A DNA stretch of 64,000 nucleotides from an uncultured Gemmatimonadales bacterium (GCA_963783385.1 CAWANJ010000001.1:717154-781153), one strand, 5' to 3'; counted from the first letter of the stretch, positions 52,192-64,000 are shown. The notes: generated from the letters alone by a model not told the origin. Numbers and translations are program-made.

Positions 52192-53852
52192 CCTGGATCC
52201 TGCGCCGAGGGACGCATAGGGGGATGAGAAACACCCGCCAAGTGCCTACGTTGTGGGGCGTTCCAGCATGAACGGTTCCCGAGACGGAGGTCACCCAGCG
52301 GGTGCGAAACCATCGTATTCCTTCCCGGCCCCATCTGCAAGGCGATCCGTCTCCCCTCCGGCTGCGTCACAGCGCGGGCGAGGTGACCGACGCGGGCGGC
52401 CTGGTGCTGCTGCGGCGGCTCTGGGACCGCTGGGAAGTGGGCTCGTGGCTCGACCGGCGGGCGGCCGGGGTGGCCGGTCACTACCGTCCCTCGCTGATGG
52501 TGGAGGCGTGGGCGGCGCTCCTGCTCTACGGGGGCGGCTGGATGGACGATTTGAAGCTCGTGGCCGCGCGGGGCATCCGGCGGCTGTTCGGCTGGGAGGC
52601 GGTGCCCGACCCGACGACCTTCGGCCGGTGGCTCCGGCGGGCGGGACCGGTGCTGGTCCCCATGCTCGACGAGCTCCTCTGGCGCCTCGTCGGGCTCCGG
52701 TGGCGCGAGGAGGGCGTCCCCGAGCGGCTCACCCTGGTGCTCGACTCGACGGTGGCGGTCCGCTACGGAGAGAAGCAGGCCGGGGCGGAGGTGGGCTACA
52801 ACCCCACCAAGCCGGGCCGGCCGAGCCACCATCCGCTCTTGGCCTTCGCGGCCGAGACGGGCGACTGTCTGGGCGTGCGCTGGCGGCCGGGCTCGGCGTG
52901 GTCGGGCGAGGGGGCGGCCGCATGGATCGAGGAGCTGGTGGGCCGGCTTCGGGGGGCCGGCGTACGGGAGATCACGGTGCGGCTCGACAAGGGCTTCTTC
53001 GCCCGGCGCGTGGTGCGCACCCTCCAGGACCTGGGCGTCTCCTACCTCCTCAAGGTGCCCAACCACCAGGTCGTCCGCAGGCAGCTGGGCCCCTGGCGCC
53101 GCTCGGTGCGGGCCGGGGGGATCTTCGAGGGGGCCCACTCGGTGTGGACCGCCTCGGGCACCCTGTGGGGCGGCCGGCTCCTCTCGCTCGAGGGCAGAAG
53201 GCCGCTTGCCGAGGCCGAGGGCACCCTTCCGCTCGACACTCACGAGGTCGTCGCCACCGCGCACATCCTGACCGATCGGGAGGAGATCCACGCGCTGACC
53301 GCCTGGCGGGCTTACAACCGGGGCGCGGTGGTCGAGCTCCGCATCAAGGAGCTCGGCCAGCTCCAGGTGGGCCAGACCGCCGTGGACGACCTGGACGGCA
53401 ACGCCCTCCTGTGGAGCCTGGGCGCCCTGGCCTACCAGCTTCTCCATACGATCCGCTCCCAGAGCCTCTCGGGGCCCTGGCGTACGGCCACGCCCGACCG
53501 GCTCCGCGCCTGGCTCTTCCGTCTGCCCGGCCGGCTCACCCGCCACGCCCGCAAGAGCTACCTCCAGCTCCGGCCCGACGAGCCGCTCCGCGCACGCCTG
53601 CTCCAGGCCCTGCGCCGCATCGGGCGGCTCCGCGCCCCGCCCCTGCTGGCCACCGGCTGAGACCTCGAGATGGTCGCCCACCTTCCAGGGGGTCGTGTCT
53701 CCCGGGCCCAGATCTGAGCCCCACGACCCCCTTTGCCCGGGCACCGATCGCTGCCAAAAACGCCCTGCGGGACTCCTTGAGTCGCCCGCAACGACCGACG
53801 CCCACGAGAGCCCCCAATTCGACGCTCAAGCGACCCCAGTGCAGGATTCAGG
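52192..53852 (+). mobile_element. IS1380-family insertion sequence
   Basis: TIRs CCTGGATCCTGC / GCAGGATTCAGG; 5-bp duplication GTCAA at 52187-52191 and 53853-53857. Confidence 0.9.
52302..53660 (+). CDS. IS1380-family transposase
   Basis: VTDAGGL, LVLDST...YGEKQ, VRLDKGF, YNRGAVVELRIKELG. Confidence 0.88.
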   Translation: MRNHRIPSRPHLQGDPSPLRLRHSAGEVTDAGGLVLLRRLWDRWEVGSWLDRRAAGVAGHYRPSLMVEAWAALLLYGGGWMDDLKLVAARGIRRLFGWEAVPDPTTFGRWLRRAGPVLVPMLDELLWRLVGLRWREEGVPERLTLVLDSTVAVRYGEKQAGAEVGYNPTKPGRPSHHPLLAFAAETGDCLGVRWRPGSAWSGEGAAAWIEELVGRLRGAGVREITVRLDKGFFARRVVRTLQDLGVSYLLKVPNHQVVRRQLGPWRRSVRAGGIFEGAHSVWTASGTLWGGRLLSLEGRRPLAEAEGTLPLDTHEVVATAHILTDREEIHALTAWRAYNRGAVVELRIKELGQLQVGQTAVDDLDGNALLWSLGALAYQLLHTIRSQSLSGPWRTATPDRLRAWLFRLPGRLTRHARKSYLQLRPDEPLRARLLQALRRIGRLRAPPLLATG

Positions 53853-53951
53853 GTCAAACAAGCTGCACATGACCGGAGATAGGGGGTTCGCAGAGAGGAG
53901 CATTCACTGTGAAATGAGCAGAAGCCGATGGTGGAAGCCACCAATCGCATG

Positions 53952-54335
53952 CTACTCGGCGTCCGCTTCCTTGGTCTTGAAGGGAACGACCTGGACGGCG
54001 CCCTCCGGCAACTGGACAGTGAAGTTCAGAAGTTGCCCGTCGGCCGCCTCGATATACTGCGTGAAGGTGCTCATGAGTAGATCACCACGCTTTTCGATCT
54101 GTGAGACGGCTGACTGCGTTCGCCCAAGCCGGGCGGCCATTTCCTCCTGCGAGATCTGTCGCGCTTCGCGCAACTCCCGTAAGCGTGGGCCGGTGATCAG
54201 GTCCTCTCGGCCTTCAGCGGATCGCTCGCGCCACCCCGAATCGACCTTGTCTCGGAAATCGGCTACCAGGTCCTTTGCCTGGTTGATCGCGTCCTTTTCT
54301 ATGGGAGCCAGTCTGTCCAAGAATCTCTTGCCCAT
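53952..54335 (-). CDS. XRE-family HTH protein (HigA2-like antitoxin)
   Basis: LRELREARQISQEEMAARLGRTQSAVSQIEKRGDLLMST. Confidence 0.82.
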   Translation of the reverse strand: MGKRFLDRLAPIEKDAINQAKDLVADFRDKVDSGWRERSAEGREDLITGPRLRELREARQISQEEMAARLGRTQSAVSQIEKRGDLLMSTFTQYIEAADGQLLNFTVQLPEGAVQVVPFKTKEADAE

Positions 54336-54412
54336 GATTTCTCCTCGGTCTCTCTTCCGGCATCACGCCGGAGGTTCGGTGAAGCCGGCAACTCGATAGC
54401 CGCCGCCGTAGG

Positions 54413-54441
54413 AGTATAAGGTGGAGCTAATATTATGTCAA
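54413..54441 (-). promoter_or_regulatory. Near-consensus sigma70 promoter upstream of the XRE gene
   Basis: TTGACA-17 nt-TATACT on the minus strand. Confidence 0.75.
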
Positions 54442-54710
54442 GCTAATGCAACGGGCGAGGACCCGATTGGCGGATTATTCGGATCGCCGGCTCAGGAGTC
54501 GCCTCACTGGGGCCACTCGATGCAGGTTCACCGGCTGAACGATCTCCTGCGGAGACTGGAGATTACAGACTCAGAGTGGGCCAGCATCGACGCCGCATAA
54601 CAAAAGAGTTGCCGCTTCCGCTCACTGCGTTCGCTCCAGTGAGCACGGCTCAAAGAGCCGCGCCGCCAACTCCTGAACGTTATGCGCCACGAACCTGGGG
54701 ACAATCAGTC

Positions 54711-55493
54711 GTGAATCGAGTTGCTGCGAGTCTACTCGGTCTTCTCTTCGTAGGTGGATGTGGAAATCCGCGGGCTACTCTGCGACGGTCCATTCCCAAG
54801 GGTGCCGACCGGTTCGCTAGAGACTACGTGGGCCTCCTGGCTCACGGCGAGCAGAAGCAGGCGCGCTCGCTACTCAGCCCGCGCGTGCAAGTGCCTCAAA
54901 TGGATAGCGCGCTCTCACAGATCGGCGACCTCGTGTCTGGCCACAAGCTCGGAACGCTCCGGCCAGTTGCGTTCCAGAAGGGCTTCACCGCAGGCACCCA
55001 CTTCAACGACATCACGTACGAGGCTCACCTGGACGACAAATGGCTCGTGGCGGATCTAGCACTTTCCCCCAAGGGTAGCGGTTACGACGTCCTGGGTGTG
55101 CATGCGGCGGTCTTGCCACGCTCCCTCGAAGAGACCAACGCGTTCACCTTGGTCGGGAAGCGGTTGGTGAACTATCTGGTCCTCCTCCTGGCGTGCGCAT
55201 CGGTAGCGTTCATCTTCTTCACGCTGATCCGTGTGATTCGCACGCCCGGCATACGACGATGGCCGTGGATCCTCGGAAGTGTCCTCGGCGTGGGCGTATT
55301 CAAGCTGAACTGGACCTTAGGAATCGGGCAGTTTCACCCCTTATCAGTGAACCTTTTCGGCGCAGGTATCTCGCGGACGGGAACCGCTGGACCGTGGATT
55401 CTCTCGTTTGGCGTGCCGATCTTCGCGATACTCTTTCACGTTAGGCGGCGCAGCCTCCTGAAGGCGGTACCGGAGTCCACAGGAGCGGAGTAG
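54711..55493 (+). CDS. Membrane-anchored hypothetical protein
   Basis: LLFVGGC lipobox-like start plus C-terminal TM segments. Confidence 0.65.
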   Translation: MNRVAASLLGLLFVGGCGNPRATLRRSIPKGADRFARDYVGLLAHGEQKQARSLLSPRVQVPQMDSALSQIGDLVSGHKLGTLRPVAFQKGFTAGTHFNDITYEAHLDDKWLVADLALSPKGSGYDVLGVHAAVLPRSLEETNAFTLVGKRLVNYLVLLLACASVAFIFFTLIRVIRTPGIRRWPWILGSVLGVGVFKLNWTLGIGQFHPLSVNLFGAGISRTGTAGPWILSFGVPIFAILFHVRRRSLLKAVPESTGAE

Positions 55494-55653
55494 AGCCGTG
55501 CCAACGCCGGTTCGCGGCGCATAACACGACGGCTGCCGCTTTGCCGCCTGCGGCGGCTCGCCCTTCGGGACGCTCGCTCGCTGGGACTCGCGGGCGTCGG
55601 CAACCGCGGGGACGTTAGCGGAAATCGTACCCTTCATCTGAGTTGGGAAGGGG

Positions 55654-56874
55654 ATGACTGAAGATCTGCCGGCTGCCCAGAGTTCTCGCGGGAGAGTCCG
55701 GATTCTCGTTGCTCTGAGCCTCCTGGCCGTCGGCTGTGGTCCTACCCAGCCCGGCCATGCCGCCACCACCCGCCGCGACAGCTCCGGCGTGGAGATCGTG
55801 GTCAGCGATCACGCCTCCTGGTCCAGCGAGCAAGCCTGGCGGCTGGCGTCTAAGCCCACGATCACAATCGGGAAGGCCGGGGGCGAGCCCGAGTACCTTC
55901 TCACAGGTGTGGCGGGCGCCCTTCGCCTGCCGACAGGCGTGATCGTGGTAGCCGAGAACGGCACGCGGCAGCTTCGGTTCTATGGCCAGCATGGCGAGTT
56001 CCGACGTGCCGTCGGCGGCAAGGGAGGGGGTCCGGGTGAGTTCCAGTACATCGACGGCCTTCTGCCATGCAGGTCCGACTCGCTGTTCGCCTTCGGCCTC
56101 TACTGGAAGCTCAAGGTGTTCACGACGGCCGGTGACTTCGTGCGTTCCTCCCGGATTCGTATGCCCGGCGCCGTGGGCATTCCGTACACGCTGGATTGCG
56201 ACTCGCAGGGACGGTTCTTGACCGCAGGCTGGGGGCCCGAGACGATGCAGCGCCGCATCGGTCTCTACAGGACTACGGCGCGCCTCACCCTGCTGAGCCG
56301 GGACGACTCGGTCCTTCATGACTTCGGGACCTTTCCCGGCGCAGAGCGCCTGGGAACTCGGAACGGCAGTCGTCCCCACCCGTTCGGGAAGTCGCTGGTA
56401 CACGCTCTGGGCCACGATCGGCTGTACGTCGGAACTGGTGACGCATACTCGATCCGAGTCTACACGCTCAGTGGAGCATTGGATCGGATCATCCGGCGAG
56501 TGGAGCCGAGCAAGACGATCACCAGCGAAATGATCAAGGAGTATCGGCGTCACGTTCTCTCACAGGCGAGCCCTGATCGACGCGCCGCATACCGCCAGAG
56601 CCTCGATGAAATGGAGTTCCCGAAGACCCTGCCGGCCTATACCGATTTCAGGCTTGATCCGGCCGGGAACCTCTGGGTCCGGGCCTTCGGGGTGCCAGGC
56701 GGGCCGGCGCCGGTCTGGTCCGTTTTCGACTCGACCGGAACCTACCTGGGAGACGTGCACACACCCGATCGTTTCCGTGTCGAGGAGATTGGAAGCGACT
56801 ACGTGCTCGGCGTGCAGCGGACACCCCTGGATGTTGAGAAGGTGGTACTCTACCGCTTGATCAAGCCTTCCTAG
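55654..56874 (+). CDS. 6-bladed beta-propeller lipoprotein
   Basis: LLAVGC lipobox, GGKGGGPGEFQ, DPAGNLWV...WSVFD. Confidence 0.78.
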   Translation: MTEDLPAAQSSRGRVRILVALSLLAVGCGPTQPGHAATTRRDSSGVEIVVSDHASWSSEQAWRLASKPTITIGKAGGEPEYLLTGVAGALRLPTGVIVVAENGTRQLRFYGQHGEFRRAVGGKGGGPGEFQYIDGLLPCRSDSLFAFGLYWKLKVFTTAGDFVRSSRIRMPGAVGIPYTLDCDSQGRFLTAGWGPETMQRRIGLYRTTARLTLLSRDDSVLHDFGTFPGAERLGTRNGSRPHPFGKSLVHALGHDRLYVGTGDAYSIRVYTLSGALDRIIRRVEPSKTITSEMIKEYRRHVLSQASPDRRAAYRQSLDEMEFPKTLPAYTDFRLDPAGNLWVRAFGVPGGPAPVWSVFDSTGTYLGDVHTPDRFRVEEIGSDYVLGVQRTPLDVEKVVLYRLIKPS

Positions 56875-57043
56875 TCCAGGAGGGTGCATCGATAGTGAGG
56901 CCGTCGCTAGCATCGTCGACGACTTCCGCTAACACGACGGCTGCCGCTTCGCCGCCTGGGGCGGCTCGCCCTCCGGGACGCCCGCTCGCTGGAACGCGCG
57001 GGCGTCGGCAACCGCAAGGACGTTATCTGCAATCGATTGGGCG

Positions 57044-57213
57044 ATGACTGAAAGGTGGTTTGACACGGAAGGCGACGACGCAGCTCAAAAGCGAAGCAAA
57101 GTTTTCTGGGATAGGATGCGTAACGATCTGCAGTCAGGCGAGTTCTGGGCGGATGAGATCAAGACGTTACGGGACCAACCGGAGGAACGCCTCAGACTCG
57201 CCCTCGAACACCT
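57044..57213 (+). pseudogene. 5' fragment of a cassette gene truncated by IS3
   Basis: ORF starts 22 nt into the cassette and runs into the IS end. Confidence 0.55.
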
Positions 57214-58530
<1,317 letters not shown>

Positions 58531-58953
58531 CTGGGGCAACGAGGGACTCAGTAGTGCCCTTGAACACAGCATTGGCTCTCTGATTCGCCACAGCGATGCC
58601 GTGCAGGAACAGGAAGACAACCCGAGCATCAAGCGGTACTTAAAGTTCTTGGTTAAGCTCGACCAAGTGATTGCTTTCAGCCTGCACGCGAAGGAGCTGC
58701 TCGCCCCTGTCGTTATGCACTTTCTTGGTTCGGGACAAGGTGGCCAGTAGCCTGTGGGACCGGGCCTTCGTCTAACACGACGGCTGCCGCGTCGCCGCCT
58801 GCGGCGGCTCGCCCTCCGGGACGCCCGCTCGCTGGGACTCGCGGGCGTCGGCAACCGCGGGGACGTTATGAGACATTGCCAGACCCGGGATGGATTGGGG
58901 GGCACGCGAGGGGTGGATTGACCGCGGAGCGCACCGGGGGGTAACGTTCACCC

Positions 58954-59181
58954 ATGGACTATCAGGATCGCATCACGATTGAGCCCGGGAAGCGCGGCGG
59001 AAAACCTTGCATCCGCGGCATGCGAATCACCGTGTCCGATGTTCTGGAGTACCTCGCGTCGGGCATGAGCGAAGATGAGATCCTCGCTGACTTTCCGGAT
59101 CTGGAGCGGGAAGACATCAAGGCGTGCCTCGCGTTTGCGGCTGACCGCGAGCGCAAGCTGATGACGTCGCCACCGTCGTGA
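58954..59181 (+). CDS. DUF433 antitoxin
   Basis: RITIEPGKRGGKPCIRGMRITV. Confidence 0.9.
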   Translation: MDYQDRITIEPGKRGGKPCIRGMRITVSDVLEYLASGMSEDEILADFPDLEREDIKACLAFAADRERKLMTSPPS

Positions 59182-59510
59182 AGCTCCTCCTCGACCAGAA
59201 TCTCGCCCCCCGTCTGGTCGAGTCACTCACTGAAGCCTTCCCCGGCTCACGCCACGTGCGGGAGCTCGGTCTCGCCAGAGCCTCGGATGCCGACGTCTGG
59301 GAGTTCGCCAAGGACAACGGGTTCACGATCACCTCGAAGGACTCCGACTTTCAGCAGCTGAGCTTCCTCTACGGAGCGCCGCCCAAGGTGATCTGGATCC
59401 GCCGCGGGAACTGCTCGGTCGCGGAGATCGAGCGGCTCCTCCAAACCAAAGTGGACCTGATCAAGGAATTCGAAGGGAACGCAGAAGCGGCGTACCTAAT
59501 CCTCTCGTAG
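59178..59510 (+). CDS. DUF5615 PIN-like toxin
   Basis: KLLLDQNL...SDADVW...SKDSDF. Confidence 0.88.
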   Translation: MKLLLDQNLAPRLVESLTEAFPGSRHVRELGLARASDADVWEFAKDNGFTITSKDSDFQQLSFLYGAPPKVIWIRRGNCSVAEIERLLQTKVDLIKEFEGNAEAAYLILS

Positions 59511-59689
59511 GGGCAACGTCTCATAACATGGCGGGTGCCGCTTCGCCGCCTGTGGCGGCTCGCCCTTCGGGACCCCCGCTCGCTGGGGCTCGCGGGCGTC
59601 GCCACCCGCAAGGACGTTATCTGAAATGCGTGCCAACGGTGCAGACAACGAAGGTGACGGTCGCTCCTCGGTCCCTTACTAGCCACTCG

Positions 59690-60883
59690 ATGAATCTCGC
59701 GTCACGGTTTCTGATGCTGGCGTGTCTTGCTCCCCTTATCGCCTGCGGCGAGCCCGAGGGCGCCACACAGTATCGCCTGCCTGAGTGGACACTCGACGTG
59801 GAGCAGCAAGTCGGCGGGGAGCAGTTGCCGCTGTCCTTCGTCACTGAGTTGGCGATCGGCCCGGCAGGTAGCTGGGCCGTGCTTGATTATCCCCCAGCTC
59901 AGGTCCGCCTGGTTCGGCAGGACGGAACTGTGATGCCGATCGGCCGTCAGGGCGGAGGGTCGGCCGAATACAGGTACGTCAACCAGATCGGCTTCGAGGG
60001 GGACACGTTGTGGATCGCGGCTGCCCACTCCGGCCGAGTGCTCTTCTTCGACCTGGAGGGAGCGTTCCTCGGGAGTGTGGGAGTACACGCAAAGTTCGGT
60101 GGAGCCTACCCGAAGCAAGCTGGCCCCGTCCGGCCCCTTTCGAACGGAGCGTGGCTCGTATCGGAGTCCGGCATCTCGGTCGACGAGGTCGTCGACGGGC
60201 TGCTGAAGGAGCGGACCTATGCCGTCTATTCAAAGGACTCACGGCTCGACACGCTCTTCGAGGTGCCTCTTCCGCCACACGACTACATGCGCGTAAAGCT
60301 CGGCAACCAGCACTTCATTGAGGGCGTTAGTCCGGTTCCATGGGCACCGTTGTTCATCCCGCTCCTCGACGGCTCGGGAGCCTGGGTCGTGGATCGATCG
60401 CCCCCGAAGAGCGCGGACCCGACCGACTTCACCATCCGGCGCATCGGTCTCAATGGCGATACCGCATGGAGCACTTCCATCAGGTACGAGCCGGTAGCCC
60501 TCAGCGAGAAATGGAAGACCGCATGGTACGAGTCCTTCGCTGCTACCGTTTTGGCCTCGGGCAGGATGAGCACCCCTCGGGGCAAGGTCATCGAGGCGCT
60601 TCACCAGGCCATTACCTTTCCAAAGTTCTTCCCGCCCGTTCGTGAGGCGCAGGCAGGCACCGACGGCCGACTGTGGCTCCGCCAGTGGAGTCCCGACAGG
60701 CAGCGTTCCCAGTGGTTGGTAATCGATTCGACGGGCCACAGCGAGGGTCGATTACGAGCTCCAGACGGATTTCGACTGCTAGCCGCCGACTCGAACGAGG
60801 TCTTCGGGGTAATGAAGGACTCTCTCAATGTACCGACCGTGATTCGAGGCGTCATCGAGAAGGCTCAGAGTGGCCTAGATTAG
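59690..60883 (+). CDS. Beta-propeller lipoprotein
   Basis: LAPLIAC lipobox, IGRQGGGSAEY, GTDGRLWL...WLVID. Confidence 0.72.
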   Translation: MNLASRFLMLACLAPLIACGEPEGATQYRLPEWTLDVEQQVGGEQLPLSFVTELAIGPAGSWAVLDYPPAQVRLVRQDGTVMPIGRQGGGSAEYRYVNQIGFEGDTLWIAAAHSGRVLFFDLEGAFLGSVGVHAKFGGAYPKQAGPVRPLSNGAWLVSESGISVDEVVDGLLKERTYAVYSKDSRLDTLFEVPLPPHDYMRVKLGNQHFIEGVSPVPWAPLFIPLLDGSGAWVVDRSPPKSADPTDFTIRRIGLNGDTAWSTSIRYEPVALSEKWKTAWYESFAATVLASGRMSTPRGKVIEALHQAITFPKFFPPVREAQAGTDGRLWLRQWSPDRQRSQWLVIDSTGHSEGRLRAPDGFRLLAADSNEVFGVMKDSLNVPTVIRGVIEKAQSGLD

Positions 60884-61053
60884 GCTGGCCGGGACAGCGG
60901 AGACGCACTTCAGATAACACGACGGGTGCCGCTTCGCCGCCTGCGGCGGCTCGCCCTTCGGGACGCCCGCTCGCTGAGACTCGCGGCCGTCGGCAACCGC
61001 AAGGACGTTATGTGAAATGGCGCTCGATCGGCCTACAAGGCTAGATTTCTGGC

Positions 61054-61341
61054 ATGACACCAGCGGTGGCCGAGCTTCGGGAGCAGGTGCGAGACGTCAT
61101 GCGGAAACGCGGCGTCGTCCGAGCCAGTGTGTTCGGGTCCGTAGCCCGCGGGGAGGATCACCCGGCGAGCGATGTGGACTTCCTCGTCGAGCTGGAAGAG
61201 GGACGGACCCTCCTCGACCTGGCTGGCCTGCGGCTGGATCTCGAGGACCTTCTGGAGCGCGACGTTGACGTAGCCACACCGGCTTCTCTCCATCCCCAGC
61301 TCCGCGAACGTATCCTCGAGCAGCAGGTCCCGATCTTGTGA
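61054..61341 (+). CDS. MNT antitoxin (copy 2)
   Basis: Protein identical to 31329-31616. Confidence 0.88.
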   Translation: MTPAVAELREQVRDVMRKRGVVRASVFGSVARGEDHPASDVDFLVELEEGRTLLDLAGLRLDLEDLLERDVDVATPASLHPQLRERILEQQVPIL

Positions 61342-61682
61342 CGCGCTCGGCTCGGATCCTTCTCGGGGACATCCTTGAGGCAGCCGAGCTGCTCGAACGC
61401 TACACGGCCGGCATCTCCCACCAGCAATTCGCGAACAACCTCGAGAAGCAGGACGCCGTCGCCCGCCGGATCGAGGTCATCGGGGAAGCCGTCAAGGGCC
61501 TCCCCGAGTCCCTTCGCCAGCGGCACCCCGAAGTGCCGTGGCGGGAGATTGCCGGAGCGAGGGATGTCCTGATTCACGAATACTTCCGAATCGACGTCAG
61601 GCTCGCCTGGGAGATGGTTCAGAAGGACATCCCGGACCTGGCAGCCAAGGTCCGGAAGATCCTGGGTGAACTCGAAGACTGA
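61338..61682 (+). CDS. HEPN/DUF86 toxin (copy 2)
   Basis: Protein identical to 31613-31957. Confidence 0.88.
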   Translation: MTRSARILLGDILEAAELLERYTAGISHQQFANNLEKQDAVARRIEVIGEAVKGLPESLRQRHPEVPWREIAGARDVLIHEYFRIDVRLAWEMVQKDIPDLAAKVRKILGELED

Positions 61683-61882
61683 GGTCTGCCACTTCACATA
61701 ACACGACGGCTGCCGCTTCGCCGCCTGCGGCGGCTCGCCCTGCGGGACGCCCGCTCGCTGAGACTCGCGGGCGTCGGCAACCGCGGGGACGTTATGTGAA
61801 ACCGCCCTTCGGCTGGATCGTCCTGGTTCGAAGGGGTACTGTACAGAGGGTTGTGTAGACACCAGGCACAGGACATTGACCC

Positions 61883-62092
61883 ATGCGATCCTTTACGGCT
61901 GTCATCGAACGAGATTCGGATACCGGCCTGTACGTTGGACACGTTCCGAGCTTCCCCGGAGCGCACACCCAGGCGGAGACGCTTGACGAACTGCAACGGA
62001 ACCTGCGAGAGGTGATCGAGCTCCTCCTGGAGGACGGCGAACCGGAACTCGAGGTGGAGTTCATCGGGGTCCAGCGAGTGGACGTGAGCTAG
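61883..62092 (+). CDS. hicB: HicB-family antitoxin
   Basis: YVGHVPSFPGAHTQAETLDELQRNLREVI. Confidence 0.88.
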   Translation: MRSFTAVIERDSDTGLYVGHVPSFPGAHTQAETLDELQRNLREVIELLLEDGEPELEVEFIGVQRVDVS

Positions 62093-62095
62093 CCG

Positions 62096-62320
62096 ATGGC
62101 GCGGCTCCCGGTCCTCAAGGCCCGAGAGGTGATTCGCATTTTGAACGCTCTTGGGTTTGAGGAGGTCCGGCAGCGAGGGTCCCACAAGCAGTTCCGGCAC
62201 CCCGATGGACGCGTGACCACGGTGCCGGTCCACCAGGGTCGAGACATCTCCCCCACGCTCCTGCGGCAAATCATCAAGGACGTCGGGCTCCCACACGATG
62301 AGTTTCGCAAGCACCGTTAG
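62096..62320 (+). CDS. hicA: HicA-family toxin
   Basis: GFEEVRQRGSHKQFRHPDGRVTTVPVH. Confidence 0.9.
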   Translation: MARLPVLKAREVIRILNALGFEEVRQRGSHKQFRHPDGRVTTVPVHQGRDISPTLLRQIIKDVGLPHDEFRKHR

Positions 62321-62608
62321 GGCTGGCTCTTCGGTGGGCAGATTCACATAACAGGACGGGTAGCGGCTCGCGCGCAGAAGCGCGCTCGCTTCAACCTGCT
62401 GCGGCATCTCGGAGGCGGGAATCCGATGCGGGCTGCTGATCGAGGATCGGTCCGGCAGCAGAGAGCGGGCCAAGCAGGTTCGCTACCCACCGGACGTTAA
62501 GCTACAGCCAGCGCTCATTCTGGGCTGTGGTTCTGGAATAGCTGAACCCATCGGCCCGAGAAGCTAGATTAGAGGCGCCGGTGTGGCTCGAGAGCTCATG
62601 GAGGGACG

Positions 62609-62830
62609 ATGCCGGAACTGATAACGTCGGACCCCGCCGTCATGGGGGGAAAGGCCGTGGTGACGGGCACGCGCATCACGGTTGAAACCATCCTGGAGCG
62701 GCTAGCAGCGGGCGAATCGATCGAGCAGCTCGTTGACGCGCTGCCCCATCTGACTCGCGAGGGCGTGCGTGCGGCTCTCGAATACGCCGCGGAATCGCTA
62801 GGCGCCGACGTCGTATACCCTTTGCCCTGA
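62609..62830 (+). CDS. DUF433 antitoxin
   Basis: ITSDPAVMGGKAVVTGTRITVE. Confidence 0.88.
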   Translation: MPELITSDPAVMGGKAVVTGTRITVETILERLAAGESIEQLVDALPHLTREGVRAALEYAAESLGADVVYPLP

Positions 62831-62839
62831 CCGAGCCAC

Positions 62840-63202
62840 GTGCGGCTCGTTTGCGACGAAGGCGTTGATCGACAGATCGTCGAGAGGCTTCGGGCTGGCG
62901 AGCACGAGGTCGTCTACATTGCCGAGGTGGCCCAGGGTGCCACCGACGAGGAGGTCTTGCGCCGCGCCGCTCAGGAGAAGGCGCTCCTCCTAACGACCGA
63001 CAAAGACTTTGGGGAGCTGGTATTTCGGCAGCAGCGGTCCCCTCATGGCGTCGTTCTCCTTCGCCTCGCCGGGCTATCCCAAGAGCGCAAAGCCGCAGCT
63101 GTAGCCACCGCGCTGGCGCGATACGGCCACGAGCTCGAGATGGCCTTCACCGTCATTCAGCCGGGGATCGTGAGGATCCGGCCCTTGCGCCACGGAGACT
63201 GA
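62840..63202 (+). CDS. DUF5615 PIN-like toxin
   Basis: RLVCDEGV...TDEEVL...TTDKDFGEL. Confidence 0.88.
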   Translation: MRLVCDEGVDRQIVERLRAGEHEVVYIAEVAQGATDEEVLRRAAQEKALLLTTDKDFGELVFRQQRSPHGVVLLRLAGLSQERKAAAVATALARYGHELEMAFTVIQPGIVRIRPLRHGD

Positions 63203-63464
63203 ATGTCGGCGCTGGCCATTGCTTAGCATGGCGGGTGCCGCTTCCCCGCCTGCGGCGGCTCGCCCTGCGGGACGCCCGCTCGCTGAAACTCGCGGGCGTC
63301 AGCAACCGCGGGGACGTTATCTGAAAGTGGTCCCGTGCTGAGTCAGGGCGCTGATGAGCTCAAGTCGAAAGGAAGACAGCACAGACTCATCTGGAGGCTA
63401 CGATGCTGACACGAACACTGTGTCTCGGCTTCCTGCTCGTGGCAGGAGTATGCCCGGCGGTCGC

Positions 63465-64000
63465 AGTTGAGTCCGTAAGGTTGTGTAACTTCGCTCCGGC
63501 GGGTAGAGGAGCCTTGCTGTAGAGAGGCCACCGCCCTCCGCTTGGTTGGTGAGAGTCAGTAGGCGCTGAACTCACACCCGCGCAGGAGGAGCGATGGCCG
63601 GCATGAAGTTACATCGATCGGGACGAGGTCCAAGGGCTGCTTCAGAGGGACGAAGGGCTGACGGCCCTGGTGGGAGCGGGTCCTGAACCAGGTGCTCGAG
63701 GCGGAGCTCACCGAACACCTGCGGGCGGAGCCCCACGAGCGCACGCCCGAGCGCAGGGGCCGCAGGAACGGCCACTACCGGCGGGGGCTCACCACGCGGG
63801 TGGGGACGCTGGAGCTGGAGGTGCCCCGGGACCCGGAGGGCCGGCCGGACGGAGCTGTTCGAGCGCTACCAGCGCTCGGAGAAGGCGCTGGTGCTGACGC
63901 TGATGGAAATGGTGGTGAACGGCGTCTCGACGCGGAAGGTCGGCCGGATCACCCGGGAGCTGTGCGGCCGGGCGTTCAAGCGCTCCACGGTGAGCGAGCT
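63465..64000 (+). mobile_element. IS256-family element, partial; transposase from ~63594 with indels
   Basis: AGTCCGTAAGGTTGTGTAA end motif; RNGHYRRGLTTRVGTLELEVPR, FERYQRSE, GVSTRKV. Confidence 0.85.

Overview
High-GC bacterial DNA; the gene repertoire is reminiscent of Gemmatimonadota (low-confidence inference). Positions 1-21.3 kb are mostly housekeeping genes (S9 peptidase, ABC transporter, waaA, infC, yggX, leuS, metY, queE, molybdo-oxidoreductase, ppk2) plus a small XRE/Fic insertion. Several of these carry indels that look like assembly errors. From 21.5 kb to the window end lies an integron-like platform. Its tyrosine recombinase lacks the IntI-specific insertion, has a HARP-like N-terminal segment and is co-oriented with the array. 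An attI-like site at ~24.26 kb is followed by 42 cassettes separated by 41 attC-like sites (counted by eye). The sites differ from canonical attC. They read TAAC-N4-stem-branched interior-stem-N6/7-GTTA with no bulged base in the first stem. Cassette ends are complementary well beyond the 7-bp core (mostly ~13-18 bp), with a mismatch that is always at position 11. Thirteen cassettes are a gene-less, self-complementary 200-bp element. Cargo includes many toxin-antitoxin pairs, candidate defence genes (two TIR cassettes, one being a TIR-Nmad2-5hmdU-kinase-like-MazG operon) and beta-propeller lipoproteins. Four IS elements interrupt the array. One is a 4.6-kb IS1595 transporter carrying a fused restriction-modification gene and a tRNA-like element with a Leu-type body and a Pro (TGG) anticodon. 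All family assignments are from motif recognition, not database searches.
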